NCBI RefSeq assembly: GCF_009914755.1 | Contig: NC_060943.1 | Strand: one strand, 5' to 3' | DNA length: 64,000 nt | From: the human T2T-CHM13v2.0 reference genome, Homo sapiens | Shown: positions 43,951-58,287 of the stretch, one piece after another | Layout: the number at the start of each line of letters is the position of its first letter | How positions within the stretch are numbered: the stretch's first letter is position 1 | Made by a program: the position numbers and the translations under genes | The notes under the pieces: generated by a model | Database searches by the model: none | What the model saw: the letters and a program-made list of their open reading frames with translations, nothing else | What the model was told of the DNA's origin: nothing

Positions 43951-44721
43951 GTGAGACGACACTGTTTTTTCCACCAAGAAGACGACTGAAAACTCTCTGT
44001 CATAATGAGTGTATTATAGAAAGCATTTAGAGAAACTTACATTGGTTTAAAATTTTCAACTTTTCATATATTCACTTGTCCTATTTTAATGTGTGAAATA
44101 CTTCTCTTTAGTTGTTACTGTGTGAGTGAAAACATGTAAACTTTCTGTTTATACATTTTGCTACCTTTTGGCAACACCATTTGTCATGTGATTTAAGAGT
44201 AGTCATAGATTTATCTTTATTCATAATTTTTTATTCATATTTTTTGTCTTTCGCCCTTTTTCCCTTGCTCCAAAGAGTTCATTTTAATGATGAATGATAG
44301 AATTTAGGCTTCAGCTTGATCTTTATTTAAACAAATAAAAAAACCATTTGTTCATCAATGGGGATTGAATTTGTGATTTCAGCCTCCTCTTATACAGTGC
44401 TTTAACCATATGAGCTTATCACATCCAAGTTTATGCTACTCAAAACTTTTAAGCTATTAAACTTTTCCTGCTAATGTAATATAAATTTAAACATCCAGTA
44501 CTCCTGCTTATATTTTAAATGTTATGGTAAATCCTAGTTTATTTGATTAAAAAGCCATATACAACCAAGTTTTTTAGTTGATTTCAACAGCAAGAATATA
44601 AATGAGGGTTCTATAATAATATTTGAAGTAATGCAGTACAATAAAATTTGGGTTTCTAATTGTGCTTTTATGGTTTGTGTGGATTTTGCCTGCCTTAAGT
44701 CAGTCATCTCTGGTCAGGACT

Positions 44722-45137
44722 TGTGTTTGTTCATTTTTGCATTGCTATAAAGAAATACCTGAGTCTGGGTAATTTATTTTTTAAAAAAGTTTAATTGGGT
44801 CCTAGTTCCGCAGGCTTTATGAACATAGCTTCAACACCTGCTTCTGCTGAGGGCCTCAGCAAGCTTACAATCATAATGGAAGGCAAAGGGAGAGCAGGTG
44901 GTTTCACATGAGAGAGGGAGCAAGAGAGAGGGGAAGGGGGAAGGTGCCACACTCTTAACTAGCTCTTATGTAAATTACCAGAATGAGAATTTGCTCATTA
45001 TTGTGAGGATGGCACCAAGCCATTCATAAGGAATCCACTGCCATTACCCCAACACCTCCCAGGAGGCCCTGTCTCCAACATTGAGGGTCACATTCTCATA
45101 TGACATCTGGAGGGGGCGAAATATCTAAACCATATAA
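44722..45137 (-). mobile_element. MST-family MaLR solo LTR
   Basis: ttgcattgctataaagaaatacctgag..aaggcaaagggagagcagg..tctaaaccatat. Confidence 0.88.
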
Positions 45138-45751
45138 GAATTGTATTTCTCAGTTCCTTCCAGAGCCATGGGCTTCTCACAGAGTGTGTGGAAGCCCTGA
45201 AGGCTATTTCCTGTCCCTCAAGTCTTCAGTGGTAGGAATGTTTGCCTTTAAGGCCTTCCAGCATCAAAGGAGGAGGCAGTGTAGGAAACAAAGCATGGCC
45301 CAAGTCCCTCTTGGAGCTTTTATTATTCTGGCCTTTGTTAGAAAAAAAAAATGATTTTGTTTGCTGCAGATACTATGTCCAATTAAGTTTGCATACTCAT
45401 TTTAAAATTTAAATGTAAGATAGGTTACTTTCCAGTTGTGCAAAGACACATTTTTTTTGTTAGTGACATATTAGTAGATGACCAATAAGTGGTTTGAGAT
45501 GCTTACAGGGATTCTGGTGCATCTACAGATTTGTACCTTGCCAGGAACTAGTTCTTAGAGCTGCTAGCTCTTAGATTCTAGTAATTAAAGTAAGCCATGT
45601 GTAAACACAGAGTGAGAAAATACCAATGAATCATGGCTCATATATGCAACAGTTGTTAAACTTATTTATTAGCTAAATTTCTCATCTGGCTTAATTTGTT
45701 ATGCCCCTTTTTTTGTACATGAGCATTCTTTCATTTGACTGTAATAGAATA

Positions 45752-45761
45752 GATGATAGAT

Positions 45762-45805
<44 letters not shown>
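45752..45805 (+). repeat. (GATA)n microsatellite, 11 perfect units at 45762-45805
   Basis: Counted directly. Confidence 0.95.
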
Positions 45806-45964
45806 TTTTTTTTACCCCGAGATGGAGTCTTGCTCTGTCGCCCACAGCTGGAGTGCAATGGTGCGATCTTGGCTCACTGCAACCTCCGCCTCCTGATTCA
45901 AGTCATTCTCCTGCCTCAGCCTCTCAAGTAGCTGGGATAACAGGTGCATGCCACCATGCCTGGT
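45806..45964 (-). mobile_element. Truncated AluS right arm
   Basis: Alu right monomer; TSD tgtaatagaata encloses the Alu plus the GATA array. Confidence 0.88.
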
Positions 45965-46178
45965 TATGAATGTAATAGAATATCTGTTAGGACAAAAAGT
46001 AAAGCCAAATTTTTAGATTTTACTTTATAAGATTTATTAGGCCCTATAATTTAAGTTATAAATAGTTGGAAATTATTTTTAAATGGAATTTTGTCTCATT
46101 TACATAGAGATAATCAATCAGATGTTAGCAACTATTTTATTTTATATTTGTATCAGAACTGATTTTTTTTATTCTTAG

Positions 46179-46213
46179 TTCAAGAAAAGAGAAAGAGCAA
46201 CGACATGAACCAT
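46179..46213 (+). pseudogene. CCNYL-like exon 3 (VQEKRKSNDMNH)
   Basis: tcttag / gtaagt, 35 nt, open. Confidence 0.9.
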
Positions 46214-48811
46214 GTAAGTAAATAGTCACAAAGTTAAGAAATTCATAGTTTGAAGTAAAATATGTCTATCTTGATTCCTTAAAAATAAAATGAGGACCCA
46301 GTGTTATTAGCATGGAACTCTCTTTGTGGACTTTGTAAATCTCTTCTATCTTTCCAAGTATCAGATTTATGCAGAAAAGTCTTTAGCTTAGTGTGTCCAT
46401 CTTTTAAAGGATCTGACATGCAAGTTAAATTTTAAGAATGTGGTTGGTATAAAGATCTTTATTTAATCTTAAAATAAATCAAACAACAAAATTAGAATAA
46501 CTAAGTTAATTTTCCACACTGTCTATTGACTTTCTGGTATAGCAGGTAAAAGCACAGCTTTCTGGGTATACCATGACATTATTTTTTTCCCATTGCTTTG
46601 TCCAATTGTAGCACATTTTTATTAAATCAGTAATATTTACATGATTCTGCTTATGCCAGTATTATTTACTGCTAAGTCATACGGTGTTTCAGCTGTGCAT
46701 CTTCATTACGTATCCTTCATTCCTTTAAACAGTTCTGGCATCTGAGCACTTCTTCACTTCTCCCAGATAATCCTTTTCCTGGCCTATGTTAGTTTACCCA
46801 GCCAAATGCAGTAAGTAGCCGTTGGCTGGTCTCTCTGCTTTCACATCCTGTAATTTTTAGCATAGAATTAATTGTCTGACTATATTCATTTGCCTGTCTC
46901 TAACAGTTATTCTTACCCCAAGTGTTGTAATATTTGTCACATGCATATCAAAAATATTCATCAGCTCAAATACATCTGTTTTATATTTCTCTTGGGGCAA
47001 TTTTCCTTGGCCTTTTGTCATCCTAGTTCAGTGTAGAGTGGCTTTCCTAGATGTGCTACATGCTTGCTTTTCTAAGCTATCTCTTGAAAGTCTTCTGAGA
47101 TCTCACTTAACTGCCCTCTTCTGTGAGATTCCCTGAGTCCTAGATTCTGTGTTTCCTTCTGCCTTGTTATCTTCTCTAGTTGTACTAGAGCACATTTTCC
47201 TGGGAAAGGGCACATGGGAACATGTTTAGAGACCCAGCCAATCTTAAAACCCTTCTTCTTTGATACAGTATAAAATTTTAGGTTGCAAACAACTAAAATG
47301 CATACTAATAGAAATAACTCAATTTATAACAATATAGTTAGAATTAATACCAAGTTAATTTCAGTAGTATATAAAATCTTGCTTCTAAATAGCTCTGTTC
47401 TCTACCCTCTTCTTTGTGTTATTGTTATACAAATTACTTCTGAATACACTATTAGCCAAAAAAAAAAATTTAGGTTGAAACTAAATGTTACAGTTCTAAA
47501 GGTATTTTGTAATTGTGTTCTTATTATAGTATTGTTTTTTAATCTGTTGCCATTGTGTGATACATTATTTGTAACCGGGTTTTACATATCTCTAGAAGCT
47601 TTTCAGGACCTTCTTTCTCTCTGGGATTCTGAAATTTTATAATGCAGCTTGGTGTGGGGATCTTTTCTCTTTATTGGGGCTACTAAGTCTTCAGATTATC
47701 TCTTCTAGAGAATTTCTTTTCTTCTCTATTTTCTCTGTTAAATTTTTCTGATATTCTTGTTATTCAGATGCTGGGCTGCTTAGACTCCTGTATCCGCATT
47801 GGTTTTTAATCCCCCACCCCCTCCTATTTTCCAGTTTGTCTTTTCATTCTACTTCTTGGATATTTTTTTACTTTATAGTTTAATATTTCTCATGTTTCTC
47901 TTGTTGAGGGCATTTTTTTAAAGTTTTGCTCCAAAATTTTTACTGGTCCCATGAATTATTTTTTCCTGTTGTTTTGATCTCTCTTGAATGGTGGTCCTTG
48001 GCTTTCATTGGAAGCAGGACTTCTGTTCACGAAGGAGACTCACTGTGAGGTTTTGGAAATGAAGCCAGCATTTCATTTGGGGGACTTCAGTGTATTATCT
48101 GGGGATCTTTACTCTGGGACCATTCCATTCCTTCCGAGAAGGCTCTCCCAATTTTCTGCCTGGGATGTAAAAGCATGGCTACTTGCTTTCCAGAAGCAGA
48201 GGTGGAGTTGTGTTTCTTGCTGTACAGTTTTTTTCCATCTCTCAGGTTTTAGCTATGGTATCTCTGAACCCAGAAATTTCAGGTTTTATATATCCAGAGA
48301 ACACACATTTAAATTCCTTGTAAGATGGAAGGACAGGTAGACTTGGGGATCTAACCACAGATTTTCAACTGACCTCGCTCGCTTTTATTTTATGTCTCAC
48401 CCTACTTTCAGAGATGCCATTTCCCTTTAAGTTGAAGTCTGCCTTGGGTTCTGGAAGACAAACTGGCTTGCTTGTTTCTGTTCCAGTCACTTCTTGTAGG
48501 CACCAAAGTTGTGCTACCATGCCAGTTACCACTCCATTATCTACTTTTTATAATTCAGCATTTATTAAAAATCATCAGTGTCAATCTTCCCTATTGGTCC
48601 TGCATATAACTTGAGTTATATGAGTAATTCTAATGAAATTTCAGGAGAGAGGGAATAAATTTATGGTCAATCTATTACATTTAACCCAAATTTATGACCT
48701 ATATTTAAAGTGTAAATTATAATTTAATTTCAATATAATTAATATTAATCCAGATAATTTTACTTATATATTTATAATAAACATTACACTTTTATACCAG
48801 GACCTTTTTAA

Positions 48812-49101
<290 letters not shown>

Positions 49102-49228
49102 CTTGTTTAGTATTCCTATTCAAATTTTATACCCTGCCATATTGTTCCATTACTTCACACTATAAATGGAGCTGTTTTCATTAATGCCCAAAGTGTTAGA
49201 AGTATTAAATTAAAATGTGTTCATTTTT

Positions 49229-49439
49229 AGCGTGGTCAACATAGCAAGACTGCATCTCTACAAAAACATTAAAAAACAAATTAGCCAGGCATGGTGGCAT
49301 GTCCCTGTTGTCTCACCTACTCAGCAGGCTAAGGCAGAGGATTACTTGAGCCCAGGAGTTTGAGGCTGCTGTTAGCTCTGATTGTGCCATTGCACTCCAG
49401 CCTGGGCAGCAAAGTGAGACTCTGTCTAAAAAAAAAAAA
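49229..49439 (+). mobile_element. Truncated AluJ
   Basis: Diverged Alu with polyA. Confidence 0.85.
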
Positions 49440-50939
49440 GTTAATTTTTTGAAAAATACCTAAAATTTGTCCTCCCAAAAAGGAGAGAGACAGAAGTAAA
49501 CTTTAGAATTTTCAATGGGCTAAAACAAAAGGCAGCAGGTACAATGAAAAAAAGTCAGTATAGGAGTTCAACAGATACTGGACCTTTGATGGTAATGTTT
49601 TGGTTTTGGCTTACTAAACTATAAGGTATGATGATTTTCTAGTCTTCATTATTCAACCTTAAGAATACTAAGTAACACTTTCCATTTTGTGTTAAAGTTT
49701 GTAAAATTTTATATTCTTGGTATTTATGCTGACTGAATGAAGATAATTTGTTCCTTTCTAGTTTTGACTACCTGAAATAATACCTATAAATGGTAAATTG
49801 TTACTGTATTTGATATAATTAAATATAGTAAGATTTATCTTCCAAATTGGAACTGATTTAATTAATTTGTCAAGCACTTGTTGAACTTTTAAACTTGTCC
49901 AAAATTCTGTGCTCAGCATCTCCAGGTAGAGAAGAAAGGACTCTCCCTTCCTTGGAAAGACCTACTTTCTTATGAGGGGAATACTCTGTAAGAATTGGTA
50001 TCATGTGACAAGTTGTGAATTAGACTGACTAGTTTACAAAAATGGAAATATTCTGTGGTGTGGTTGCTGGCAAAGGAATCACAGAGGGTAAATGGGGTCA
50101 AGTTTGCTGGGACAAAGAAAAAGAATCCTAGGCAGAGAGCAGCAGGAAACTGTGTGGCAGGAAAATGCCTATGCGCAGGTCAAATGACTTGTAGAATAAA
50201 ATGAATCAACTTTGGAAATGAATGGAAAGTACTCTCCGAGAGTCTCATTTGAGTGATGTCCTGGCAGTCTTATTGAAACATGAAGTGAAAGTTAAATTCG
50301 TAGAGTTGTCTTTGTTATCTGTTTTCAGGATGTGAGAGAATATTAAAGTGATAGTCTTTTTATCTTCTATGTAAGAAAACAGGACTAGAGAATGCTATGG
50401 CTTTCTCTGTTGTTGGTTATGGAGCAGCCCTGGCACACAGAGCCTCTGAATCTAAAACACTTGTTTTGTCCCACTGTCTCCTGGAATATTACATTTAGGA
50501 TTAGTAACTTAGTAATGTAGCATTAGTCTTCATTCATTGCAATAAAATGCTCTTGTGCCAATATTATTTAATGCATTACAGCTTATTGCAGTAAGTAAAT
50601 AATAGAAAATCTCAGCTGCTTTATATTGCTTTAAAAACACTGACATCTTAAACATTTCTCATTTATAAAGAAGGGGAATTCACAATAGACGCTTGCCAGG
50701 TCTGATGATAGGTACCATATTAAGGGCAGCCTTTTATAACCCATTTCTCAAACATCCTCTATTGAATTTAAGAGCCTCCAATGGGTTTCCTATGGAGTGC
50801 ACATAAGTCCACACTCAGTTCACGAAGTGTAAGAAGTACCTTAGTACTTTGTCATTTGACATTTTAACCAATGGGAAAAAATACACTTTTATAGGTTTAA
50901 CTTACTGTGATGTTTTCTTCTATTTCCTTTCCCCTTCAG

Positions 50940-51040
50940 GTATCTACTAAGCATTTTACTAAAAAGTACAGCTCGTGTTCAACCATATACCTAGATGACA
51001 GCACAGCCAGCCAGCCTCATCTTACAATCATAGTAAAATC
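50940..51040 (+). pseudogene. CCNYL-like exon 4 (VSTKHFTKKYSSCSTIYLDDSTASQPHLTIIVKS)
   Basis: cttcag / gtgagt, 101 nt, open. Confidence 0.93.
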
Positions 51041-52589
51041 GTGAGTACAACTATGATGTCAAGGGACACAGCCCCTTATTCTAAGATCATCCTAGCCATC
51101 CTCGGTTATTTCAGCCGTTTGATTGTCCTTTTGGGCAATCAGTTTAAGAAACTGGTGTCAACTATATATTGATTTCTGATTCTATATATTAGTTTTCAAA
51201 AAAATACTAATTTTCAGTTTCTCCTTTAACTTTAGATTTCACGTTGGAAGGGAAAATTAGTTAGCAAATAATCAATCCCTGGAAAAGTATAGTTATTTAT
51301 TTGATGCTTTTATGCCTTATGACAATGTTGAACACAATGAGTAAGATAGGTGTCCTTTATAGGATGTTTTCCCCCCAAAAAAAGGTTTCTTATGAGTTAC
51401 AGGCCTAAATCAATCAATGTGTACTAGTTTTGACATTAATCTTGGAAGAAAGAACAACTTTTTCTCTACTGGCACCGTAGTGTATCTGCATTTGACTTCC
51501 CTTCATTTTGCATGAATACCTCATAGGGCACAAGTGAAGATGCACTTTTAGAACAACCTAAGACGAGCCTTTCAAGTTTATTTTAAAAGCAACAACAACA
51601 ACAACACCAGCTCTGTTGGGGTTGTCTAGAGAACATCATTATCATCTGCTTGGATTATGAGCGTTTAATTTTTGGAACACAGTTTTAGAACACAGTTTGG
51701 AAAGTGCTAATTTAGAATATTAATGTCTTTATCTTTCATTGTACTTCTTTTTCTTCACAAGAGGATGGTTGTCAGTTTTACTTTTCATTCTATAAACATA
51801 GCTAGCTTATAAACAATTTTGTTTCTAATGCACTAGCTTTCCTAGCCAAACCAATTGTCAGTAACTTCTATTTTAATTAAAAGTAGGAAGTTTACACTCA
51901 TGATAATGTCACTTTTCTATCTCACTTCTAACAGTGGTTGAGATAAAATTGTGTTTCAGCAAAAACTTGACTCAAACTCTGTCTAAAGTCTTAAGCTTTG
52001 TGACCTATTAAGTAATCCCTAAACTTCTGTATTCAGCCAAGTCTCTAAACCCTTGGGAAAAAAAATTACTGTACTTTGGCTAGAGTCCCTGGCTTCTATT
52101 CAAAAGATTGTAATATGTTAGTATACAATTCAAAAGTAGTTTTAAAGATTAATCTTGCTCAAACAAGTATTCATAAAGTTTATGTTTTTTTCCTCCATCA
52201 TTCTAATTTTTAGAATTCTACTTTTGGAAGTGTAGTAAGTTTTAATTTTCTGTCAGCAAGTTTGAGAAATTATCACTTGGTATATTCACTATTGGTAACA
52301 TAAAGGTTTATTGAGCAAATTAATAGGGCAAAATGGGTTTATGAACAGATTTTGGAAAATGTTTTATATAGGTGAGTAGAGCATTGTTCTCAATGGAATG
52401 CATGGACCACATTTGATTACTTACGCAAGTTTTCTTAAAATATATGTCTGCAATCACATGCCTCTTCCTACCTCCACCTCTCCTTCAACTCTAGGCACTC
52501 AGAAGCCTTTTAAGAAAATAGGGATGGATGTGAGGCATTCTTATATGGATAAAAGCATCTCAGAAGATTCTGCTTTGAACCCCAACCCA

Positions 52590-52763
52590 ATCATTCGGAA
52601 ACCCTGCTGTACATTGGAATCACTTGGGAAATTTTAACAACCACCCTGATGTTCAAAGTTATACACAATGCTAATTAAATCAAAATGTCTCATGTTAAAA
52701 AGAAGGCAGTTTTTAAAGCTCTTCAGGTGATTCCAACGTGCAGCAAAGTTTGAGAGCTACTGC
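52590..52763. mobile_element. MER5-like hAT DNA transposon
   Basis: tgtacattggaatcacttggga..aagctcttcaggtgattccaacgtgcagcaaagtttgagagctactg. Confidence 0.75.
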
Positions 52764-53812
52764 CTGATTTGAATTTAGGACAACAAGCTGCTCCTATTTG
52801 GTGGGACCTTGGGCAAGTCAATTTTAAACATTCTTTTTCTTATCTGTAAAATGGTGTTGGATTCAATGTCATTTAGATCATTGGTCCTTTTCAGCAGGTA
52901 ACTTCACATTGTGTGATTTTAAAATTATTTTAGAGATTAAAAACTTCTTGAAGCACTATAGACATAGCCATCTTAGATACTAATGTTACAGGCTTTTAAA
53001 AACATGCTAATATTATATAAACCTATTGTTAAATTCAGATTTGCCTTCCCTCAATTATTTGAGCCTCATTTTAGATGCTGTGGGCACATGGAAAAACATA
53101 ACTTATGTTTCCTAATACACAGTGTCTGTAGACAACTTAAGAATACAGTAACATATATCTGAAGAGTTTTACTTGTTCATAAATATTTCACTTAAACTAA
53201 TTGAAAGTACCTGCCCTTAATATTATACTGTGTAGTGCTATGCTGCATTATCGTTAGCACTGCTTATTTTCAGAAAGCTATCACTGATTTTGTGTGTACC
53301 TAGGTTTACTAACATGAATTATGCAAAAGTTATTGTAAATGATTTAATTTGGTATAAAACACTTTTATCATTAATTTTTAGGAAATCATAAAACACGGAT
53401 GGGTAGGAGATAGTTAATTAAATCAACTAAAGTGCAGGGCCTAACAACTTAAAAAAAACACTACTGTATGTCTTAAATTTAAGCATATGTACACATAGGT
53501 ATAAATTGCATGGGATGAAAGGTTTTGTGGGTAGAAGAGCATCTAACAGGGAAATATGTTATTATTTATATATTATAATCATCAACAGAAACATGTCTTC
53601 TAACAGTATATTGCCTAGCATTTTGATCCTCGTATTTTTGTTAAAAGACAAAAAACTAAAACAAGAATATAGTGCCCTAATGGTACTGTTCTGAAGTAGA
53701 AGATTTAAATTTCAGGGCCACTGGGATAATTTCTTCCTCCCCCCTTTTAAAAAAAGTTTTTAGACCCAACAAATGATAAAATCCATTGTTATGATTTTTT
53801 CTCTTTCCGTAG

Positions 53813-53848
53813 TGTGGCCTTAGCAATATATTATCACATGAAGAAAAG
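53813..53848 (+). pseudogene. CCNYL-like exon 5 (VALAIYYHMKKR)
   Basis: ccgtag / gtgagt, 36 nt, open. Confidence 0.92.
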
Positions 53849-54104
53849 GTGAGTTCTTTTAAAACCTTTCTTGTTATTCCAACTCATTACTTTTTATAAT
53901 ATCAATCTCAGTGTTAGTTCATAGCTATAGACACCATAAGCTGTATTGTGCCTACTGAAATATTGAAGCATATTATTTGTGTTTTCTTTCACCCTTGAGA
54001 CTCTTTAAGTCCTAACTTATTGAGAATCCCAAAGAATCTGTGTTTATATACTGTGTAAGAAATTAAAATTGAGATTTTTAAAAAATCTGCTTCTGGCTTG
54101 GATT

Positions 54105-54270
54105 TTACTACCTCAGCACTATTGATAACTTTGAGCTAGATAACGCTTTGTTGTGAGGAAATAAATGCTTTGTTGGTGCATTACAGGAAGTTTAGCAGCA
54201 TTGATGGCCTTTACCCACTAGATGTCAGTAGTAAGCAATAACCCAGGTTGTGACAACAAAAATATTTTCT
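54105..54270. mobile_element. MER20
   Basis: acctcagcactattga..tttagcagcat..ggcctttacccactagatg.cagtag..gttgtgacaac. Confidence 0.85.
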
Positions 54271-54851
54271 GAAAACTATATCGTTAACATAAATAGCATT
54301 TTTTAAAGAAAAATAACTTCTCTACAATAAAAAGTTGAGTAAAAAGTGTGTCATGCATTGATATTATTGCAAACCTCTAAAGTTTGGCATAATAGAAGAC
54401 AGATGGATTCCCTTCACAATATTTTTAGAGAAGCAATAAGATGATCAAGCTTTTTGCAAATATATAGTTACTAAAAGGTGTATCTTTAATGTTTTTAGAT
54501 AATTGTGAGTGTTCTTTAATACTACCTCAAAACTCCCCTGTAACTAGTTTCTTAGTTACAGGGGAATTTTGCATATCAATACATTTATTCCATCAATACT
54601 CACTGATTTTTCTTGTGCAGTAAATGGGTCTTTCCCCCATGCTTGCTTGTATAAGAGTATGCATTGGTTATTTGGGAAATAATGGTTTATGTTTTGTTGT
54701 GTCAAAAACTCACTTTTGTTAGTATCACCATGTCTTATTAAGAGCTCTTTAAGTATTGAGAAGCTGTCGAGTTTACGGTAGGAGTGTGTTTTCCAAAGTT
54801 CTGGGTTTTAGCCTGAAAGCTTGACTATTATCATTGAGAACAGTTATTCTC

Positions 54852-55480
54852 TTTTTTTGTTTAACTTTTATATTAAGTTCATGGGTATATGTGCAGGTTT
54901 GTTACATAGGTGAACTTGTGTCATGGGGATTTGTTGTACATATTATTTCTCTGCCCGGGTATTAAGCCTAGTACCCATTAGTTATTTTTTCTGATCCTCT
55001 TCCTCTTCTCACCTTCTACCCTCCAAAAGATTTCAGTGTGTGTTGTTCCCCTCTATGTGTTAATGTGTTCCCATCATTTAGCTCTCACTTACCAATGAGA
55101 ACATGTGATATTTGGTTTTCTATTCTTGTGTTAGTTTGCTAAGGATGATGGCCTCCAGCTCCATTCATATTCCTGCAAAGGACATGATCTTGTTCTTTTT
55201 ATGACTGCATAGTATTCCATGGTATATATGTACCACATTTTCTTTATACAGTCTAACATTGATGGGCATTTATGTTGATTTCATATCTTTGCTTTTGTGA
55301 ATAGTGCTACAGTAAGCCTATGTGTGCGTGTGACTTTATAATAGAATGATTTATATTCTTTTAGGTATATAGCCAGTAATGGGATTGGTCGGTTGAATGG
55401 TAATTCTGTCTGTAGGTCTTTGGGGAATCTCCAGACTGTCTTCCACAATGGTTGAACTAATTTACACTTTCACCAATAGG
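54852..55480 (-). mobile_element. 5'-truncated L1PA/L1PB 3' end
   Basis: aacttttatattaagttcatgggtatatgtgcaggtttgttacatagg..ttccacaatggttgaactaatttacac. Confidence 0.9.
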
Positions 55481-55983
55481 GGAACACTTATTTTTCATTG
55501 ATGTAAAAGGCTTACTTTATTCATTTTTGAGAATGATAGTCAGTTGTACTTTTAAATAAAAACAATATTTTATTTAAAAAAGTGATTATTCAGTTTACAT
55601 TTAAATCATTGTTTCTTTTTCTTAACACAACCATACTGCAGTAAGAAGAAGTGCTTCTTGTTAACTTTCCACTTATTCAGAGTATTAAATAGGAAGGCAA
55701 AGATTTAATAATACCATTAATTGTTACTGCTTCATCAAAGACATTCTTAACTAAATCAGGCTCTCTTTTTTAACTGTAAGGGGCTGTGGAGAATAGAATG
55801 ACTTCTAGTGTAATTTGATCACCTTGATTTATGCTGAGAAACCTTGATTTATGCTGAAAAACCAGCTATTTCACCCACTTTTGCTTTTATAAAATCATGG
55901 CAAGTGTCACAGTGAGAAAGCAGGCAATGCCTTCATATCCTTTTAAAAATTATTTTAATTTATTTTTTATTTTTAATCAGCTT

Positions 55984-56189
55984 TCTCAGGCTGAAATAGT
56001 ATTTTTATCAGAACAGTTTTGACTGCTTGGGCCTCATGAAAAATGGCCTGCATAGTATTCCATGGTATATATGTACCACATTTTTTATACAGTCTAATAT
56101 TGATGGGCATTTATGTTGATTCCATATCTCAGGCTGAAATAGTATTTTTATCAGAACAGTTTTGACTGCTTGGGCCTCATGAAAAATGG
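55984..56189 (+). repeat. 63-bp perfect direct repeat enclosing an ~80-bp copy of 55205-55288
   Basis: 55984-56046 is identical to 56127-56189; the intervening sequence matches the local L1 copy. Confidence 0.95.
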
Positions 56190-56473
56190 TCTAGGGGATC
56201 TCCAGAGGTCCACAGAGCACATTGCAAGAACCATTGGTTTATTAAACAGGCAAAATGTATTAGTTGTATTAACCTCTTAAGTTCATCAAAGACTGGCCTG
56301 TTTGAAAATAAAAAGACAGATTAAGTTTTTAATTCAAACTACTTAAAATAAATAAATATATCATGAGAATCTAATACAGAGAAAATGATGATAAAGAGAA
56401 TAATTATACTATTATCAGTAATTGATAGTCATTATTATATTATTATTAATACTTTTTAATTAGTAATTATTAA

Positions 56474-56848
<375 letters not shown>

Positions 56849-57231
56849 ATATTCACATTTACTAAAGTTCTAAAGACTTTATTGCCCATTACTACTGCTT
56901 TCTAAAACATTCTTGTGTTCCAATGTCAGGTTAGAGGAGTGAAAATACAACAGGTTCATTACCATGGCCTGTTAGGGAGGGTCAGTACTTACTGGCAATT
57001 CTGACTGGTTACTGTAATAAAAGACTTCATAGGACTTGATGTGCTGAGTAAGAAGAGTCCAGGAGACCCTCTGAAGGTCAGGCTCCGGGAGAAGGATTTG
57101 TAAAACAGTTTGCCTTGGTGAAGCAAAACAGCAAAACACACAGGAGGCATTATTTTACTAAACAGATATGTTTAGTAAATATATTAATCATTTCTGAATT
57201 AATTTCTTAAATGCACATTTTTACTTTATAG

Positions 57232-57283
57232 AGATGCAGATAAATCCCTCGATATGTTTGACGAGCAATTACATCCACTCACT
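57232..57283 (+). pseudogene. CCNYL-like exon 6 (DADKSLDMFDEQLHPLT)
   Basis: ttatag / gtatca (weak donor), 52 nt, open. Confidence 0.9.
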
Positions 57284-58078
57284 GTATCACTTTTATTGAG
57301 GCCGTATTTTTCTCATAGACTTGTGTTTGTTTCACACTGAAGTCAAAGACATTTTTAAGTATTCTTCCCCATGCCATGTTGCATCTAATCGTCTTATTTA
57401 AGAAGTGTTATAAAAAGGATGTGCTGGAATAAGAAATGACCTGCAGCTCTGGTTAATTAGTGAGCTAATGAGAGTAAATATATAATCCAAATAACAGAAA
57501 ATGTATCTTTTAAAAAGATAATTGTCAGTAGCATCAAACAATAAACATTTTTGTAAATGCCTTTAACACATATACATGATTTCTGTGAATAGAAATAAAA
57601 AACAATGTAAATTTAAATAAATGGTGTACAAATTAAAAGTGTACTTCCTCAGGTACATAATAGCCACATGTGGCTAGTGACCGTTGTATTGAATAGTGCA
57701 ACCTTAGAGCCTTATGGCTACAGAAAACTAAATGTGTTTTTTCAAAGTTTGTTGCAGAGGAGAATGAATTATTGTCAGTAAGTAAGACTTTAAAGCCTAA
57801 AAGTAGTTTACATTTTTATAGAATTCTATGGGAAAAAGAGTAGAAAGGAACATAAAAATTTTCTGAGCTTGAGCCCATTTTTTTCACTGAATGTTGATGA
57901 CTATTGAATCATTATAGTATCTTAAGATTCCACTGTTCGTATTTTAGAAACTAAAAGACATCTCCCCAATCCAAATTGTTCTAAGTGACACACAGGCACA
58001 AGTATGAATATTGCTGTCTTAAGAATACTTCATTTTTTTTTCCAACGGATACTTACATCACATCCTTTCTTCTTTCAG

Positions 58079-58198
58079 CAAGAAAAGATGCCAAAGGAAT
58101 ACTTTGAGTATGTTCCTGAACACAAGTTTATTTACAGATTTGTCCATGTTCTTTTTAAAGCCACAAACCTAACAGCTGAATTTGCAATAGTAACTTTG
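58079..58198 (+). pseudogene. CCNYL-like exon 7 ([40 protein letters not shown])
   Basis: tttcag / gtaaga, 120 nt, open. Confidence 0.94.
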
Positions 58199-58287
58199 GT
58201 AAGATATTTCTTATTTATAAAGCATTTTTAGAAGTTGGTACTTGTACACAGGGTATGGTGCTGTTTTTAAATAAAAGTTGGCTTCTG

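Larger units (their letters stand above)
53980..56236. mobile_element. Charlie1-like hAT DNA transposon fossil, interrupted by MER20 and L1
   Basis: ttattgagaatcccaaaga.. start; ..ggtctaggggatctccagaggtccacagagcaca..gaaccattg end. Confidence 0.6.

Noticed and set aside
57284-58078. Possible U12-type intron (donor gtatcacttt resembles GTATCCTT)
   Set aside because: Mismatch in the U12 donor core and no TTCCTTAAC-type branch site near the acceptor, which has a normal polypyrimidine tract.
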